From the IMG/VR virus record IMGVR_UViG_3300032307_000646, positions 9,369 to 73,368 of that record: a stretch of DNA of 64,000 nucleotides. One strand, 5' to 3'. The translations under genes and the position numbers were made by a program. The notes below the pieces were generated by a model. That model saw only the letters and a list, made by a program, of their open reading frames with translations, searched no databases and had not been told where the DNA came from. Position 1 is the first letter of the stretch. The number at the start of each line of letters is the position of its first letter. Of this stretch, positions 34,771 to 45,402 are shown piece after piece. This DNA is from a virus.

Positions 34771-36669
34771 ATGAAAAATTTATTTTTAACGCTAGTGCTG
34801 GCGTTATTAGCCATTACTGGCTATGCACAAACAACTGCGCCGTCAGGTGGTAATTGGGTTATCGTTGACTCATCTTACAATGTCGGACCGCAGTCACAAG
34901 GTTTCACTTTAGCTAACCTTTATTATGACAACACAACAACGACTAAAATTGCTGGTTTACAGTTCCGTGTATTCTACGACAAAGTGGCTTTCGGTGGTGC
35001 AAAACCAACCGTAACCTTGTTATACAGTAGTACTGACCAGTATATGCAATATGTTGCAGATTCGGTGAATGGTAACATTACCGTTACGTTAGCTTATACG
35101 GGTACCAACAACTCATTCACATATGCTGACGGTGCGGCGTTCCAGATTAAGTTCTTTCACCAAGCTGCAACCGCTTTCCAAGCTTTAACTAGTATTGATA
35201 GTTTGAAGGTTACTGGTACTTTAACGTTCCCTTCATATGCATCAACAATAGCTGGTATTGATACAACATTATCTTTACATAGTTATGGTGGTGAATTTAA
35301 AATGAACAGATTGAAATACCACGGTAGATTTACAAACGTAACTGGTTCTGGATCTAAAGATATTACAATTGCTTTAGAGAAAAGACCTAAAACATCAACA
35401 GGTGCTTGGACTCAGGTTAAACTTGATACCACTGACGTTACGGGTTATTTCGCTTTTGATGAGATCTTAGATACAACTTATTGGGATGCTCACTTATACG
35501 TTAAAGGTGATACGATGGCTGTGGGTAACACAGTATCTGTTGCCGATGCACAAAAGGTTAATAAATTCGTTATAGGTGAAGAAACACCAACAGGTTTTGA
35601 TTTCTACGCGTCTGACGTAAACGGTTCTTACGGTATTACAATTGCTGACGTATCAGCTATATACGGTCGCTTAGCGGGTAGATTCTCAGTGTGGCCAAAC
35701 TCTATTCAGGACGTTAGATTCTTCTCAGCTTCACAGTATGCGACAATCAACGGATCTTCAACTAACTATACATCAACTATTGCTGGTGTAACTAACTTAA
35801 CATTTGATATTATCGCTGGTCAACCTGACTCAGTAACATTCTACGTATTAGGTGGTGGTGACGCGAACGGTACTGGTTTCCATATGGCTCGTACAATCCC
35901 TATTGAAATCTTAAATCCTAGTAAAACTCCTCAGTATATCATCGATGAGACAGTTGAGTACGATTTCCCTACATCGACAATCGAAATTAATTTACCAAAA
36001 ATTGAAATCACTGAGGGTAGTTTAGTAAACGTACCAATGAAAGTTTTAACACAAGGTGACCAAGTTGGTTCAATTCAATTGGCTTTGGCTTACGATAACA
36101 CTTTATTGGAGTTTAAAGGTATTAAAACAGAACAAAAATTTATGAACTGGATGTCATTCTTAAACCCTAATAACGGTGTTGTTGAATGGGCTGGTGCTGA
36201 TATGAGTAAAAACGAATATCTGGCTAATAACGGTGACGCTGTTTTAACATTACAATTTACAGCGTTATCACCACAATCAACCTGGGGTAATAGCGCTTTA
36301 TATGTTATAAGAAAATACGCTGGAGACGCTTCCGCAACTGATTTAAGAATAACACCAACAAACGGCGTTGTTAAGATATTCAAAGTAAATGGTGGTGGTA
36401 CTTTAACAAAGGATTGTGAAATAATCGTTACCCCTAACCCAACAGATGGTTTAGCTTTTGTAAGCTTTAGTGTACCAGAAGATGGAGAAATTTCGGTTGG
36501 GTTTTATGATGCTAGTGGTAAATTAGTGTATAGTGTTTATAAGGGTAAAATGTATAAAGGTAAATATCTTTATCCAGTTGACTTGACTAACGTAACACCT
36601 GGCACATACTATGGTATTCTACAAACAGGATCTCAAATCAAAACAAATAAAACAATAAAATTAAACTAA
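34771..36669 (+). CDS. secreted cohesin-like/dockerin-like protein with a T9SS C-terminal domain
   Basis: Signal peptide; GLQFRVFYD and SIQLALAYDNTLLEF cohesin-like strands; DVNGSYGITIADV; PNPT...YDASGKLV...GTYY. Confidence 0.75.
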   Translation: MKNLFLTLVLALLAITGYAQTTAPSGGNWVIVDSSYNVGPQSQGFTLANLYYDNTTTTKIAGLQFRVFYDKVAFGGAKPTVTLLYSSTDQYMQYVADSVNGNITVTLAYTGTNNSFTYADGAAFQIKFFHQAATAFQALTSIDSLKVTGTLTFPSYASTIAGIDTTLSLHSYGGEFKMNRLKYHGRFTNVTGSGSKDITIALEKRPKTSTGAWTQVKLDTTDVTGYFAFDEILDTTYWDAHLYVKGDTMAVGNTVSVADAQKVNKFVIGEETPTGFDFYASDVNGSYGITIADVSAIYGRLAGRFSVWPNSIQDVRFFSASQYATINGSSTNYTSTIAGVTNLTFDIIAGQPDSVTFYVLGGGDANGTGFHMARTIPIEILNPSKTPQYIIDETVEYDFPTSTIEINLPKIEITEGSLVNVPMKVLTQGDQVGSIQLALAYDNTLLEFKGIKTEQKFMNWMSFLNPNNGVVEWAGADMSKNEYLANNGDAVLTLQFTALSPQSTWGNSALYVIRKYAGDASATDLRITPTNGVVKIFKVNGGGTLTKDCEIIVTPNPTDGLAFVSFSVPEDGEISVGFYDASGKLVYSVYKGKMYKGKYLYPVDLTNVTPGTYYGILQTGSQIKTNKTIKLN

Positions 36670-36680
36670 AATTTAAAACA

Positions 36681-37016
36681 ATGTCAGAAGAAACAAATGT
36701 ACCTGAATCAGACGGAACGTGGTCAGGTTTAAAGAAAACGATCATCGGGGTTATCACGACAGCTGTCATGGCTGGTGGTACCTATTTCACAACTACCTTA
36801 TTTGGTGGTGGTGAGGAAGAGACAAAAACGGAACAAGCGGCCCCAGCTGCACAACCCGCGATTAACATAAGTGTTGACAACTCTTCTAAAAATAACGCAG
36901 CTGCTGGTGGTACTAATACCATCATCAAAGAAAAAACAACTGTTGTTGAAAAAGCGGCGCCTGTTAAAGAGGAAAAACCAGCTAAAAAATCAGAAACTGA
37001 AGATAGTCCTTGGTAA
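36681..37016 (+). CDS. single-TM protein
   Basis: Hydrophobic segment followed by a low-complexity tail. Confidence 0.75.
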   Translation: MSEETNVPESDGTWSGLKKTIIGVITTAVMAGGTYFTTTLFGGGEEETKTEQAAPAAQPAINISVDNSSKNNAAAGGTNTIIKEKTTVVEKAAPVKEEKPAKKSETEDSPW

Positions 37017-37414
37017 TGAAAAAAGAAATAAAAATAAAAAAAGAGAAAAAGAATAGTATGAAAATTAAAGAAACATTAAAAAGTTTTACTAGCGCACCTG
37101 CGCCTGTACAAGTTGAGGATAAAAACAGATTTTATTACATGTTGCAACAAATGCAAGCTAATAGATGGAGAATAACTGGAATCGTATTATTCCTATTCTT
37201 TTTCATCGTAGCTGGTATCAATTCAGCTGTATTTTTTGGGGTATCGATCGGTGAGGATTGGAAAGAAATGTTATTAATCTTATTAGGTGCCTTTGTTGGT
37301 AACTTAAATAAGGTTGTTGATTACTGGTTTAATTCAGAAGATCGCGATAAAATGTTAATCCAAAAAGTTGATGAGGAAGATGGTGTTTCTTTATCAAATA
37401 CAACAGAAGTTTAA
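37016..37414 (+). CDS. 2-TM membrane protein
   Basis: TAATG coupling; two TM helices; VVDYWF. Confidence 0.7.
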   Translation: MKKEIKIKKEKKNSMKIKETLKSFTSAPAPVQVEDKNRFYYMLQQMQANRWRITGIVLFLFFFIVAGINSAVFFGVSIGEDWKEMLLILLGAFVGNLNKVVDYWFNSEDRDKMLIQKVDEEDGVSLSNTTEV

Positions 37415-37415
37415 A

Positions 37416-38141
37416 ATGAAAAGATTATTATTCATATTATTGTTAATTGGTTGTTCTTGTGTTTACGCACAGGGACAACCAGTTACTATTGGTAGTGTTA
37501 AAACTGAGGAGTATAAAGCTAGTTTTGAGCAAACGCAATCTATCGATGTTGTGTCAAACTACACTGATACAATCAAATACCCGATCCAATTACTAAAGAT
37601 TGGTTTCACTGAGGAGCTTTATGAGATGTACCCTGAATTAAAAGATAAAAGGGTTGGTCTTGGTGTTACTAATATTGTTATTGAGTTTCTTGAAATGACA
37701 AACCGTTTTGAGTTTACTGAAGACAAATTAGAGATTAAAGAGCGAATGGTTAACCAATTTAAAGCCTCTGACAAAGGTTTTACCGAAAATAAAATGGATG
37801 GTAGAGGTAAAGTTAAATTAGCAAAATACTTTGTCTACATCGAAGTTTATGATTTTAGCGTATCTGAGGACGAGGTAGTTAAAGTTTCTGGTAAAGCAAC
37901 AGCAACCCAAACGACTAGATTAGGGTTACAAGTTAAATTTGTTGACGCTGAGACTGGTGAAATTATGGTTGGTAGTGGGCTTGGTGAGGCCAAGACAGTT
38001 AAAATGTCCACGATACTTGATGATGTTGATGAAATTAAATTTAATCAGTCAACCATCGGTACATCAACAAAAAAAGCTTTAGAAACAGCATCATCAAGAG
38101 TTGTCTCTAAAATGATTAAAAAAGGTTTGTTCAAGAACTAA
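37416..38141 (+). CDS. CsgG/HfaB-like protein
   Basis: Signal peptide; LE.TNRF...RLGLQVKFVDAETGEI..GSG.GEA; resemblance by recall. Confidence 0.65.
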   Translation: MKRLLFILLLIGCSCVYAQGQPVTIGSVKTEEYKASFEQTQSIDVVSNYTDTIKYPIQLLKIGFTEELYEMYPELKDKRVGLGVTNIVIEFLEMTNRFEFTEDKLEIKERMVNQFKASDKGFTENKMDGRGKVKLAKYFVYIEVYDFSVSEDEVVKVSGKATATQTTRLGLQVKFVDAETGEIMVGSGLGEAKTVKMSTILDDVDEIKFNQSTIGTSTKKALETASSRVVSKMIKKGLFKN

Positions 38142-38148
38142 AACGTGC

Positions 38149-39681
38149 GTGAATTTAAAAATAACGATATTATCATTTTTCCTCTTACTATCGGGAATAG
38201 TAAGTGCACAGTCGTTTAATTATTCGTACACTGACCCTTGTAATGGGAAAGTTTACAATTTATCAATCCCTTATGGGCAAAATCAAATAGCTGTAACGTA
38301 CTACGGTCAAGTAGGTACGTTTACGGCTAATGATTTTAATAATGGTGTGTTCGACAACTGGGCAGCTGGTGTTTTTAATCAATTCCAAAATGCTTCACCG
38401 TGTGGTAGTATTGGTACGACCGTTACCGTATCACAAACCCAAAGCACAGCTTTAAACGTAGTTAGTATATTTGGGGCCTTATCGGCTATTAGTGATATGG
38501 CATCTAGTGGTACTGGTAATATAATGGCGGCTGCTGGTTCTGTTAGTAATGTTAGCGGGGGTAGCGGTGGTAATAAAGATGATAAAGATAATAAAAACTC
38601 CTCTGGTGGTGGTTCTCAGGGACAATCTCAAGGACAAAGTGTCTCTGGCGGAACAAACCAATCTGGCGGGGGTTCTCAAGGACAAACACAATCTAATGGG
38701 AATAATTCAAATGGATCCAGTTCATCTGGTACTACTACTGGAAATAATAATAATGGCGGTGGTAGTTCGGAAACTACTTCTGGTACAACCGCAAATACTG
38801 GGGGTTCTACAGGATCTGGTGAAACGGGTGGAACAGGTAGCACCAACACTGGTGGTGGTTCTACTGGTGGTTCAGGTGGTACCACCACAAGCTCTACAGG
38901 GTCTGGCGGATCTGGCGGGAATGGTTCAACAAATAATCAAACACAAACTACCGAAGAAAAAAAATCAGACGCCATAGGTGGTACAACAAACGCCGTAAAA
39001 AGTGGTAGCGGTAGTGGTAACGGTAAAGGGTCGGCGACTAGTAAAAACGGTGGGAGACCATCAATACTTATGAGCAGTGACCTGGTAGGTTTTCAATTCA
39101 ATGAAGGGGAAGTTAGTAAAGGTTCAAAAGTTAACGCTGGTTATTCGTCTGTAAGATATGATGGTTTAAGATCACATGGTGTTATGGTTGATTACACATC
39201 GTCAATACAAGGTGGTAATATTACTGGTTATTACGCTTGGATAAACCCCAAAGCTATTACATTACTTTCCAATACAGTAACAATTGGTTTTGCTGGTAGC
39301 GGATCAATTTATAACACTGTCGCTTTTGGGCAGATGAGGAGTATTAAAAAGTTTAAAGCTGTTTATATGCTTACAGCTTCAGGTGGTCAAATTTATAAAG
39401 AACCTTATTATGGTTCAGCCGCGATTGTGGGCGGTAATAGGGATTTTAAAGTGGGTAAGCGTCTTGATATTAAAACAATGGCTTTATTTGTTTACGCACC
39501 ATTTGTTAGATACTACGATGATGCGGTTTTAAAATCACCGTTTGTTATCTTACCAATTGTTGGGGTGAATCTAGGCGTTACAAAAACATTTAAATTAAAC
39601 TTCAATTTTGGTGGGGCATATTCTATAGGGGATAATGTATTAAACTATACGGTAATGATGGGTACTAGATTAGCGTTATGA
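38149..39681 (+). CDS. secreted protein with a Gly/Ser linker and a C-terminal beta-barrel-like domain
   Basis: Signal peptide; G/S/N-rich middle; amphipathic strands at the C-terminus. Confidence 0.7.
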   Translation: MNLKITILSFFLLLSGIVSAQSFNYSYTDPCNGKVYNLSIPYGQNQIAVTYYGQVGTFTANDFNNGVFDNWAAGVFNQFQNASPCGSIGTTVTVSQTQSTALNVVSIFGALSAISDMASSGTGNIMAAAGSVSNVSGGSGGNKDDKDNKNSSGGGSQGQSQGQSVSGGTNQSGGGSQGQTQSNGNNSNGSSSSGTTTGNNNNGGGSSETTSGTTANTGGSTGSGETGGTGSTNTGGGSTGGSGGTTTSSTGSGGSGGNGSTNNQTQTTEEKKSDAIGGTTNAVKSGSGSGNGKGSATSKNGGRPSILMSSDLVGFQFNEGEVSKGSKVNAGYSSVRYDGLRSHGVMVDYTSSIQGGNITGYYAWINPKAITLLSNTVTIGFAGSGSIYNTVAFGQMRSIKKFKAVYMLTASGGQIYKEPYYGSAAIVGGNRDFKVGKRLDIKTMALFVYAPFVRYYDDAVLKSPFVILPIVGVNLGVTKTFKLNFNFGGAYSIGDNVLNYTVMMGTRLAL

Positions 39682-41960
39682 TGAAAAGGTTTTTTTTATT
39701 CTTGGTTATTATTTTTAGTGTGGTAAAATTAAACGCACAGGCGACTTCTATTACATTGGGTGGTACAACGTCTAGTTTATCGGTCTCATATAATACAGCC
39801 ACTGTGGTTGACCCCAATCTAACGATAACCGCTAACGGTAACATAACTGGTTTTAGGGTACAAATATCACAAACATACACATCTGGGGATGTATTAACTT
39901 ATACAGGGACTTTACCGACTGGTGTAACAGCGAGTTGGAACTCAACAACAGGTATATTAAGTTTTAATGGTACGACAACAGCGGCTAATTGGCAAACTCT
40001 CTTAAGAACGGTAACTTTTAAATCAACAACGACAACCTGTTACGCTAATTTAAGAAGGGTTACTTTTGTTGCGGGTACAGTTTTTTATAACCCATTAACA
40101 GAGCATTTTTATGAGTATGTTGCGTCATCTGGGTCTTGGACAAGCGCTAAAAGCTCAGCTGAAAATCGTTCATATTTTGGTAGGGTTGGTTATTTAGCGA
40201 CAATGTCATCTGAGGCGGAGAATAATTTTATCTGGAAATTAATGTCTTCAGATGGTTGGTTTGGTGGTTCGGATGAGGTTTCACAAGTTAACACGGCAAA
40301 AGGTACAACAGCTTTCGCGTCACAAGCGGCGGTGGAGCAAAAATGGCATTGGGTGACTGGTCCTGAGAAAGGGACGCAGTTTTCTAATGGCAGCACGGCG
40401 GTTACGGGCCAATACTCAAAGTGGGCTGGTGGTGAACCAAACAATGCGGGTGGTGAACATTATGCACAATTCTATTCAGCGAACAGCGGTTCATGGAATG
40501 ACTTACCAAATACAAATTTACCTGGTTATATTTGTGAATACGGTGATATGCCTGGTGATTTAACATCCAGTGTAACAATATTCACAAGACAAATTAATGT
40601 CGGTAATGGATCAACTGGCACAATTAGCGGGGGTAATATAAACGTTTGTTCTGGCTCAAATAGCACGGTGTTAACTTTAAGTGGTATGACTGGTAGTGTT
40701 GTTAGATGGGAATCATCTTTCGATAACTTCTTTACAGCTGGTACAACAATATCTAGCACATCAAGTAGTATAACAATATCAAACATAACTAAAACAACTT
40801 ATTACAGAGCAATCGTTAACTCAAGCAGTCCAGTAACTTGCTCATCATTAGCTTCTTCTAGTGTATTTTTATCAGTTAAACCAACTAATTCTGGTACCGT
40901 ATTTGCGGCAAACAATACTATATGTGCTGGTGGTGTTGTTGAGTTAACCTTATCTGGCCAACAAGGTAATATTAATAAATGGCAAAGATCTACAAATAAC
41001 GTTAACTGGACCGACATCAGTAATACAACCGCATCTTTAACAGAAACAATATCATCCGCTGGGACATATTATTATCGAGTTGAGGTTCAGACACCCAATT
41101 GTGGTAGTGCGGTTTATTCTACTAGTAAGATTATTAGTGTTATAACAGGTACCCCACCCACAGGTGGTTCTGTATCATCAGCGGTACATACTAGCACAAC
41201 TAATTCAGGTACACTAACATTAAGCGGGTATACAGGTACAATAGTTAAATGGCAAAGATCGATAAATAGCGGTGTTACTTGGACCGATATTGTAAATACC
41301 GCGGCAACCTACACATACAGTAATCAGACTGACGCAACTTTATTTAGAGCCCAACTACAAAGCGGTACATGTGGTTACACATATTCAAATGCTGGTGTTA
41401 TAATTGTAAACCCATTTGCGTATTCTGGTTATGTATATAATGCTGAAAATACTGGTGTATCTGGTATATCTGTAAAACTATACTATAAGGTTAAAACCCA
41501 AACAACCTACACATTATATGGGACGTATACAACAGATGCTAACGGAAAATATACGATAACAACAAATGAAAGCGTTAACCTTAATGATTTTAGGTTGGTT
41601 GCTGGTGAAAATACTAGTGTTTTATTACCTAGTACGACCGATGCCCAGTTTTTTAACCAAAAATTACTAACACAATCCTTCAACGCTAAAGATTATTACA
41701 GAATGGACGTAAATGGAAACGATATTTTAACTATAACGGATATCGTTTTAGTATTCCAAAGAAACAACAACATATTACCAAGTTGGTTAAATTCAACACC
41801 GAATTATAGATTATTTACATCCGCGCAGTGGTCAGTAATCAACGGATCAAATAGTAATCTAAAAACAACCTATACTGGGGCTCAGTCACTTATGGTTGAT
41901 AATTTAACCCATAACGGGACTTCAAATTTTTATATAATAAAAACAGGTTATAAACAATAA
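39678..41960 (+). CDS. secreted C-type lectin / Ig-like repeat / dockerin-like protein
   Basis: WAGGEPNN...WNDL...YICEY; repeated KWQRS...WTDI units; DVNGNDILTITDI. Confidence 0.8.
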   Translation: MMKRFFLFLVIIFSVVKLNAQATSITLGGTTSSLSVSYNTATVVDPNLTITANGNITGFRVQISQTYTSGDVLTYTGTLPTGVTASWNSTTGILSFNGTTTAANWQTLLRTVTFKSTTTTCYANLRRVTFVAGTVFYNPLTEHFYEYVASSGSWTSAKSSAENRSYFGRVGYLATMSSEAENNFIWKLMSSDGWFGGSDEVSQVNTAKGTTAFASQAAVEQKWHWVTGPEKGTQFSNGSTAVTGQYSKWAGGEPNNAGGEHYAQFYSANSGSWNDLPNTNLPGYICEYGDMPGDLTSSVTIFTRQINVGNGSTGTISGGNINVCSGSNSTVLTLSGMTGSVVRWESSFDNFFTAGTTISSTSSSITISNITKTTYYRAIVNSSSPVTCSSLASSSVFLSVKPTNSGTVFAANNTICAGGVVELTLSGQQGNINKWQRSTNNVNWTDISNTTASLTETISSAGTYYYRVEVQTPNCGSAVYSTSKIISVITGTPPTGGSVSSAVHTSTTNSGTLTLSGYTGTIVKWQRSINSGVTWTDIVNTAATYTYSNQTDATLFRAQLQSGTCGYTYSNAGVIIVNPFAYSGYVYNAENTGVSGISVKLYYKVKTQTTYTLYGTYTTDANGKYTITTNESVNLNDFRLVAGENTSVLLPSTTDAQFFNQKLLTQSFNAKDYYRMDVNGNDILTITDIVLVFQRNNNILPSWLNSTPNYRLFTSAQWSVINGSNSNLKTTYTGAQSLMVDNLTHNGTSNFYIIKTGYKQ

Positions 41961-41964
41961 AATT

Positions 41965-42423
41965 ATGAAACAGTTTATTTTAGCGCTCATATTTGTACTA
42001 ATAGTACCAGTATCAGCTTTTTCTCAAACTTGTGTTAAGGTAGATTCAGTTTACAGCACAATGAAAATAAAAGAATTTAAAGATAGGAACATTCTATTCG
42101 GTGTTAAACAAATCACCGAAGAGGTTCTATCTGAAAAATACTCCTTATGTGAACAAAACGCGATACCAGTTATGGTTGAGATCACCAGAGTTGGTACACC
42201 ATCAAGTAGTTTTAGAATCGCTGGTGTTGGGGCGGCCACAGAGACAACGCAAATATTATTAAAAGTTCATTTTGGTGACACTATTGTTGATGGTATTGGT
42301 GAGTCGGCAACAACAGCTAGCTACGCCTTTATCGAACTGAAGGAAGGTAAGGTACCGTTTAGTAAATCATCAATAGGTATCGCAATGAAAAAAGCTATAA
42401 TTGACGCGGTAAATAAATTATAA
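41965..42423 (+). CDS. secreted hypothetical protein
   Basis: Signal peptide; C-terminus resembles that of the CsgG-like neighbour (F.KSSIG.A.KKA). Confidence 0.7.
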   Translation: MKQFILALIFVLIVPVSAFSQTCVKVDSVYSTMKIKEFKDRNILFGVKQITEEVLSEKYSLCEQNAIPVMVEITRVGTPSSSFRIAGVGAATETTQILLKVHFGDTIVDGIGESATTASYAFIELKEGKVPFSKSSIGIAMKKAIIDAVNKL

Positions 42424-42424
42424 T

Positions 42425-43162
42425 ATGAAGTATTTTGTAACAATAGTATTGATGTGCTTATTTGGCCATTTAGAGGCTCAAATAAAGAGTTTTGACCTTG
42501 GTGGGGTGCTACTCACTGGAAACAACAAAAACGTCCAAATAACGTCTAAAATGAGCTATGAATTAAATAATAAAAAAAAGGACATTGGTGTTAGTTTAAA
42601 CCCCTATTATTTTCTATTTTATGGTCAAAAAAATAACGATTTTATTAAACAATCGGAAGATGCTAGATTAAATGTGTTTTCTTGGAAAGAGATTAAAAAT
42701 GGTTATAGCGCAATACTATTCTCAACTGTAGAACATTCTTTAGTTAAAGAATTAAATTTGGGTGTTTCTGGTGGGTTAGGTCTTAAAAAATCTTTTAAAG
42801 GAAGTAAATTAACAGGTAGCGTTTCACTAGCTTATGTTTATGATAGGTCTGAGATAACTAAAATTTGGTTGGGTAGTAAGCGCGTATCTTATAGACATCA
42901 ATTAAAATACAAGGTTAAGGATGTCACAATTGAGAATAACGTTTTGATGCAACCAGCGGTCGCATCAACAAACGATCTAATATGGGCTAGAAACACTGTG
43001 GGTAATTACAATTTATCTGTAACTAAATCCATAGCTAAAACAACATCAATAGGTTTTATATATGAGGGTTATCTATCTACAATCAGTACGGAGTTTAATC
43101 AAAATATAAAACCGTTAGATCAAAGATTTAGTCTCATATTCAAATATTCTATCCCTAATTAA
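42425..43162 (+). CDS. outer-membrane beta-barrel protein (DUF481-like)
   Basis: Signal peptide; TGN near the N-terminus; alternating strands. Confidence 0.6.
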   Translation: MKYFVTIVLMCLFGHLEAQIKSFDLGGVLLTGNNKNVQITSKMSYELNNKKKDIGVSLNPYYFLFYGQKNNDFIKQSEDARLNVFSWKEIKNGYSAILFSTVEHSLVKELNLGVSGGLGLKKSFKGSKLTGSVSLAYVYDRSEITKIWLGSKRVSYRHQLKYKVKDVTIENNVLMQPAVASTNDLIWARNTVGNYNLSVTKSIAKTTSIGFIYEGYLSTISTEFNQNIKPLDQRFSLIFKYSIPN

Positions 43163-43315
43163 TTCAAACTCTTCATTTAAAAATAAATCGTATATTTCTT
43201 TTGAGAATTCATCGCTAAAAAAATATACATCTATTTTATCTGTGAATAAATTATTCAGGTTATCTTTATATATTAAAATTTTACGATAATCAACAAATCT
43301 TTTATTAAAACTCAT
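43115..43315 (-). CDS. hypothetical protein
   Basis: 66-aa ORF. Confidence 0.5.
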   Translation of the reverse strand: MSFNKRFVDYRKILIYKDNLNNLFTDKIDVYFFSDEFSKEIYDLFLNEEFELIRDRIFEYETKSLI

Positions 43316-43378
43316 ACTCCCTATAATAATAAAAAAGGCCTGGTAAAAACCAAGCCTTTTAATTAATTTTAATCAATA

Positions 43379-43642
43379 TTAGATTGAAACTTCAGTGCCG
43401 TCTAAGAAAAGACAACCAACTGTTTTGATTGCGTTTTTAGCTTCAGCAACAGTTGAAACTTCCGAACCGTTAATTGTTGAACCTATCGGTAACAAACCAT
43501 CCTCATCAGAAGCTCCGAAGAAAAGTATTTGATTATCTAAGACCGCAGCTGCGATATAACCAGCTTCAGGTACCATTAAATCACCCTCAAGTTCACCTGT
43601 TGCAATAACAGCTTTTCCGTTTAAATTTTTTACAAATGCCAT
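43379..43642 (-). CDS. hypothetical protein
   Basis: 87-aa ORF followed by a terminator near 43330-43360. Confidence 0.75.
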   Translation of the reverse strand: MAFVKNLNGKAVIATGELEGDLMVPEAGYIAAAVLDNQILFFGASDEDGLLPIGSTINGSEVSTVAEAKNAIKTVGCLFLDGTEVSI

Positions 43643-43671
43643 TTTTTTTTTAATTTAATTTTTTAATTTTA

Positions 43672-44268
43672 TTATTTTATATCACTAGATTCTATTAGTG
43701 TGTAAGTGAAACCATTACCGTGTATTTTTGAAGCCTTTCTACAGATTGCCATAAATTCTTCAAAATCAGCGGCTTTCTTAAATACTTGACATCCTTCTGA
43801 CCAGTTTTCAACATAAGTTGAATCAGCACCAGCTTTGTGAATGTTAATACCGAAAATACCTTCAGCGATTTTATTCTCGTCATACTCCATATCTTTGTCA
43901 GCATCACGATAAACTTTAACTGGTTTAGCTTGTTTAAGGGCTTCGTATTTACCTTGGTGTAATCCTAACGCGTGAGACCCTCTATATTGACCTTCAACCA
44001 ATCTAGCAACGCCAGCTGCGTTATGATATTCCATAACACCTTTTTTACCTGGATCTGTTGTAGCGGGCCAGATGTGGAATTTCTCCTCACCATTTTCTTT
44101 GTAAGAAACCGTAATATGGTCATCGAATACGTTTGTAACTTTTTGACCCGTACTTGAATTTCTAACACCTACAATGTTAACATCGTAACCTTTATTGTTC
44201 TCATCTTCAAACCACGCGTAACCTTTACTTTTAACCGCGGTTTCTATTTGCTCTCTTGTGTAACTCAT
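43672..44268 (-). CDS. YkuD/L,D-transpeptidase-fold cell-wall enzyme
   Basis: GINIHKAG...WSEGCQV (His...SxGC). Confidence 0.7.
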   Translation of the reverse strand: MSYTREQIETAVKSKGYAWFEDENNKGYDVNIVGVRNSSTGQKVTNVFDDHITVSYKENGEEKFHIWPATTDPGKKGVMEYHNAAGVARLVEGQYRGSHALGLHQGKYEALKQAKPVKVYRDADKDMEYDENKIAEGIFGINIHKAGADSTYVENWSEGCQVFKKAADFEEFMAICRKASKIHGNGFTYTLIESSDIK

Positions 44269-44298
44269 TTTTTTTTGTTTTGATTTAAATTTTTATTA

Positions 44299-44538
44299 TT
44301 AATATCTTGGGGGGTAAACACCTTCCACGCAGATCATGTAGTGCATTCCATCAGGTGCTTTATCTTTTAAATCTGGTATTTCAAATGTTGTAACACCATC
44401 ACCGCCGTATGTAGTACCTAATATACTAAAAAGCGCCTCATTACCTCTGATTGGTAACTTTCTACCATCGCAAAACATAAATCCTCTAACTTCGTAATAG
44501 CCAGCGAATAGTTTTACCATACCTATAATTTCGTCCAT
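44299..44538 (-). CDS. phage tail-collar domain protein
   Basis: IGMVKLFAG...CDGR.L.I...ALFSILGTTYGGDG.TTF.IPDL. Confidence 0.85.
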   Translation of the reverse strand: MDEIIGMVKLFAGYYEVRGFMFCDGRKLPIRGNEALFSILGTTYGGDGVTTFEIPDLKDKAPDGMHYMICVEGVYPPRY

Positions 44539-44549
44539 AATTTTTTTAT

Positions 44550-45377
44550 TTATTTTAATAGATTATAATATTCTTTAAAATGTTTGATTCTATCTGCTAA
44601 ACCGATTGTACCACCATTAACTCTTTTTGTAACAGCTGTCACAGTTGCATCATCAGCACCTTTATCGCATATAGACCAAAGTTTATTTGAATCAAAGAAA
44701 AACGCCGCTGAAGCTAAGGGGTATTTAGTTGCAACTAAGTCTGGGTTTTCAACGATATTTTCTTCAACCATTTTATCAAATGATGTGTAATTAGCCTTAC
44801 CAGTTAATTGGATGTAACCGCGGCCTCTAAATTTAAAACCTTCTCCAGAAGCTTCGTCACCATTACCCATACGAGATGAATAAACACGGTTAGCGATTTT
44901 TTCTGGCTGGCGAGAATAAGACTCATTTAAATTACCAGGGAAATATTTAGGGAAAATTTTCTTAAGACCATCAGCGCTGTAATTTAAATTCTCACTAACA
45001 GCTTTAAAACCACCAGATTCGTGACCACATTGTGCCAAGAAATGTGCTAGTCTTAATACGTTTGTAATGTTGAATTTAGCGGCTGTGTCGGGAATCTGAG
45101 CGATAACCGCATCAGGGATGTGACCTTTTAATGCTTCTAGTTTAAAACTAGATGGCGGGATAGCTACTGGAGCAGCAGCAGGTGCAGCACCTTCGTTTAG
45201 ACCCATCTTAGCCCAAGTCGCATCACCAACGATACCGTCAGCTGTTAAACCATTAGCTGTTTGCCATTCTTTAACTAATTTTTCTGTACCTGGACCGAAA
45301 GAACCATCGGCGGTAGTACCCAATTTTGCTTGGAGTTTTTTTACGTCATCTCCTTTTGAACCTACTTTTAATAACAT
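44550..45377 (-). CDS. endolysin: peptidoglycan-binding domain plus GH19 domain
   Basis: DG.FGPGT...ADGIVG; HFLAQCGHESGG...FRGRGYIQLTG...TKRVNGG. Confidence 0.92.
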   Translation of the reverse strand: MLLKVGSKGDDVKKLQAKLGTTADGSFGPGTEKLVKEWQTANGLTADGIVGDATWAKMGLNEGAAPAAAPVAIPPSSFKLEALKGHIPDAVIAQIPDTAAKFNITNVLRLAHFLAQCGHESGGFKAVSENLNYSADGLKKIFPKYFPGNLNESYSRQPEKIANRVYSSRMGNGDEASGEGFKFRGRGYIQLTGKANYTSFDKMVEENIVENPDLVATKYPLASAAFFFDSNKLWSICDKGADDATVTAVTKRVNGGTIGLADRIKHFKEYYNLLK

Positions 45378-45402
45378 GTTTTGCTTTTAATTTTTTGATT
45401 TA

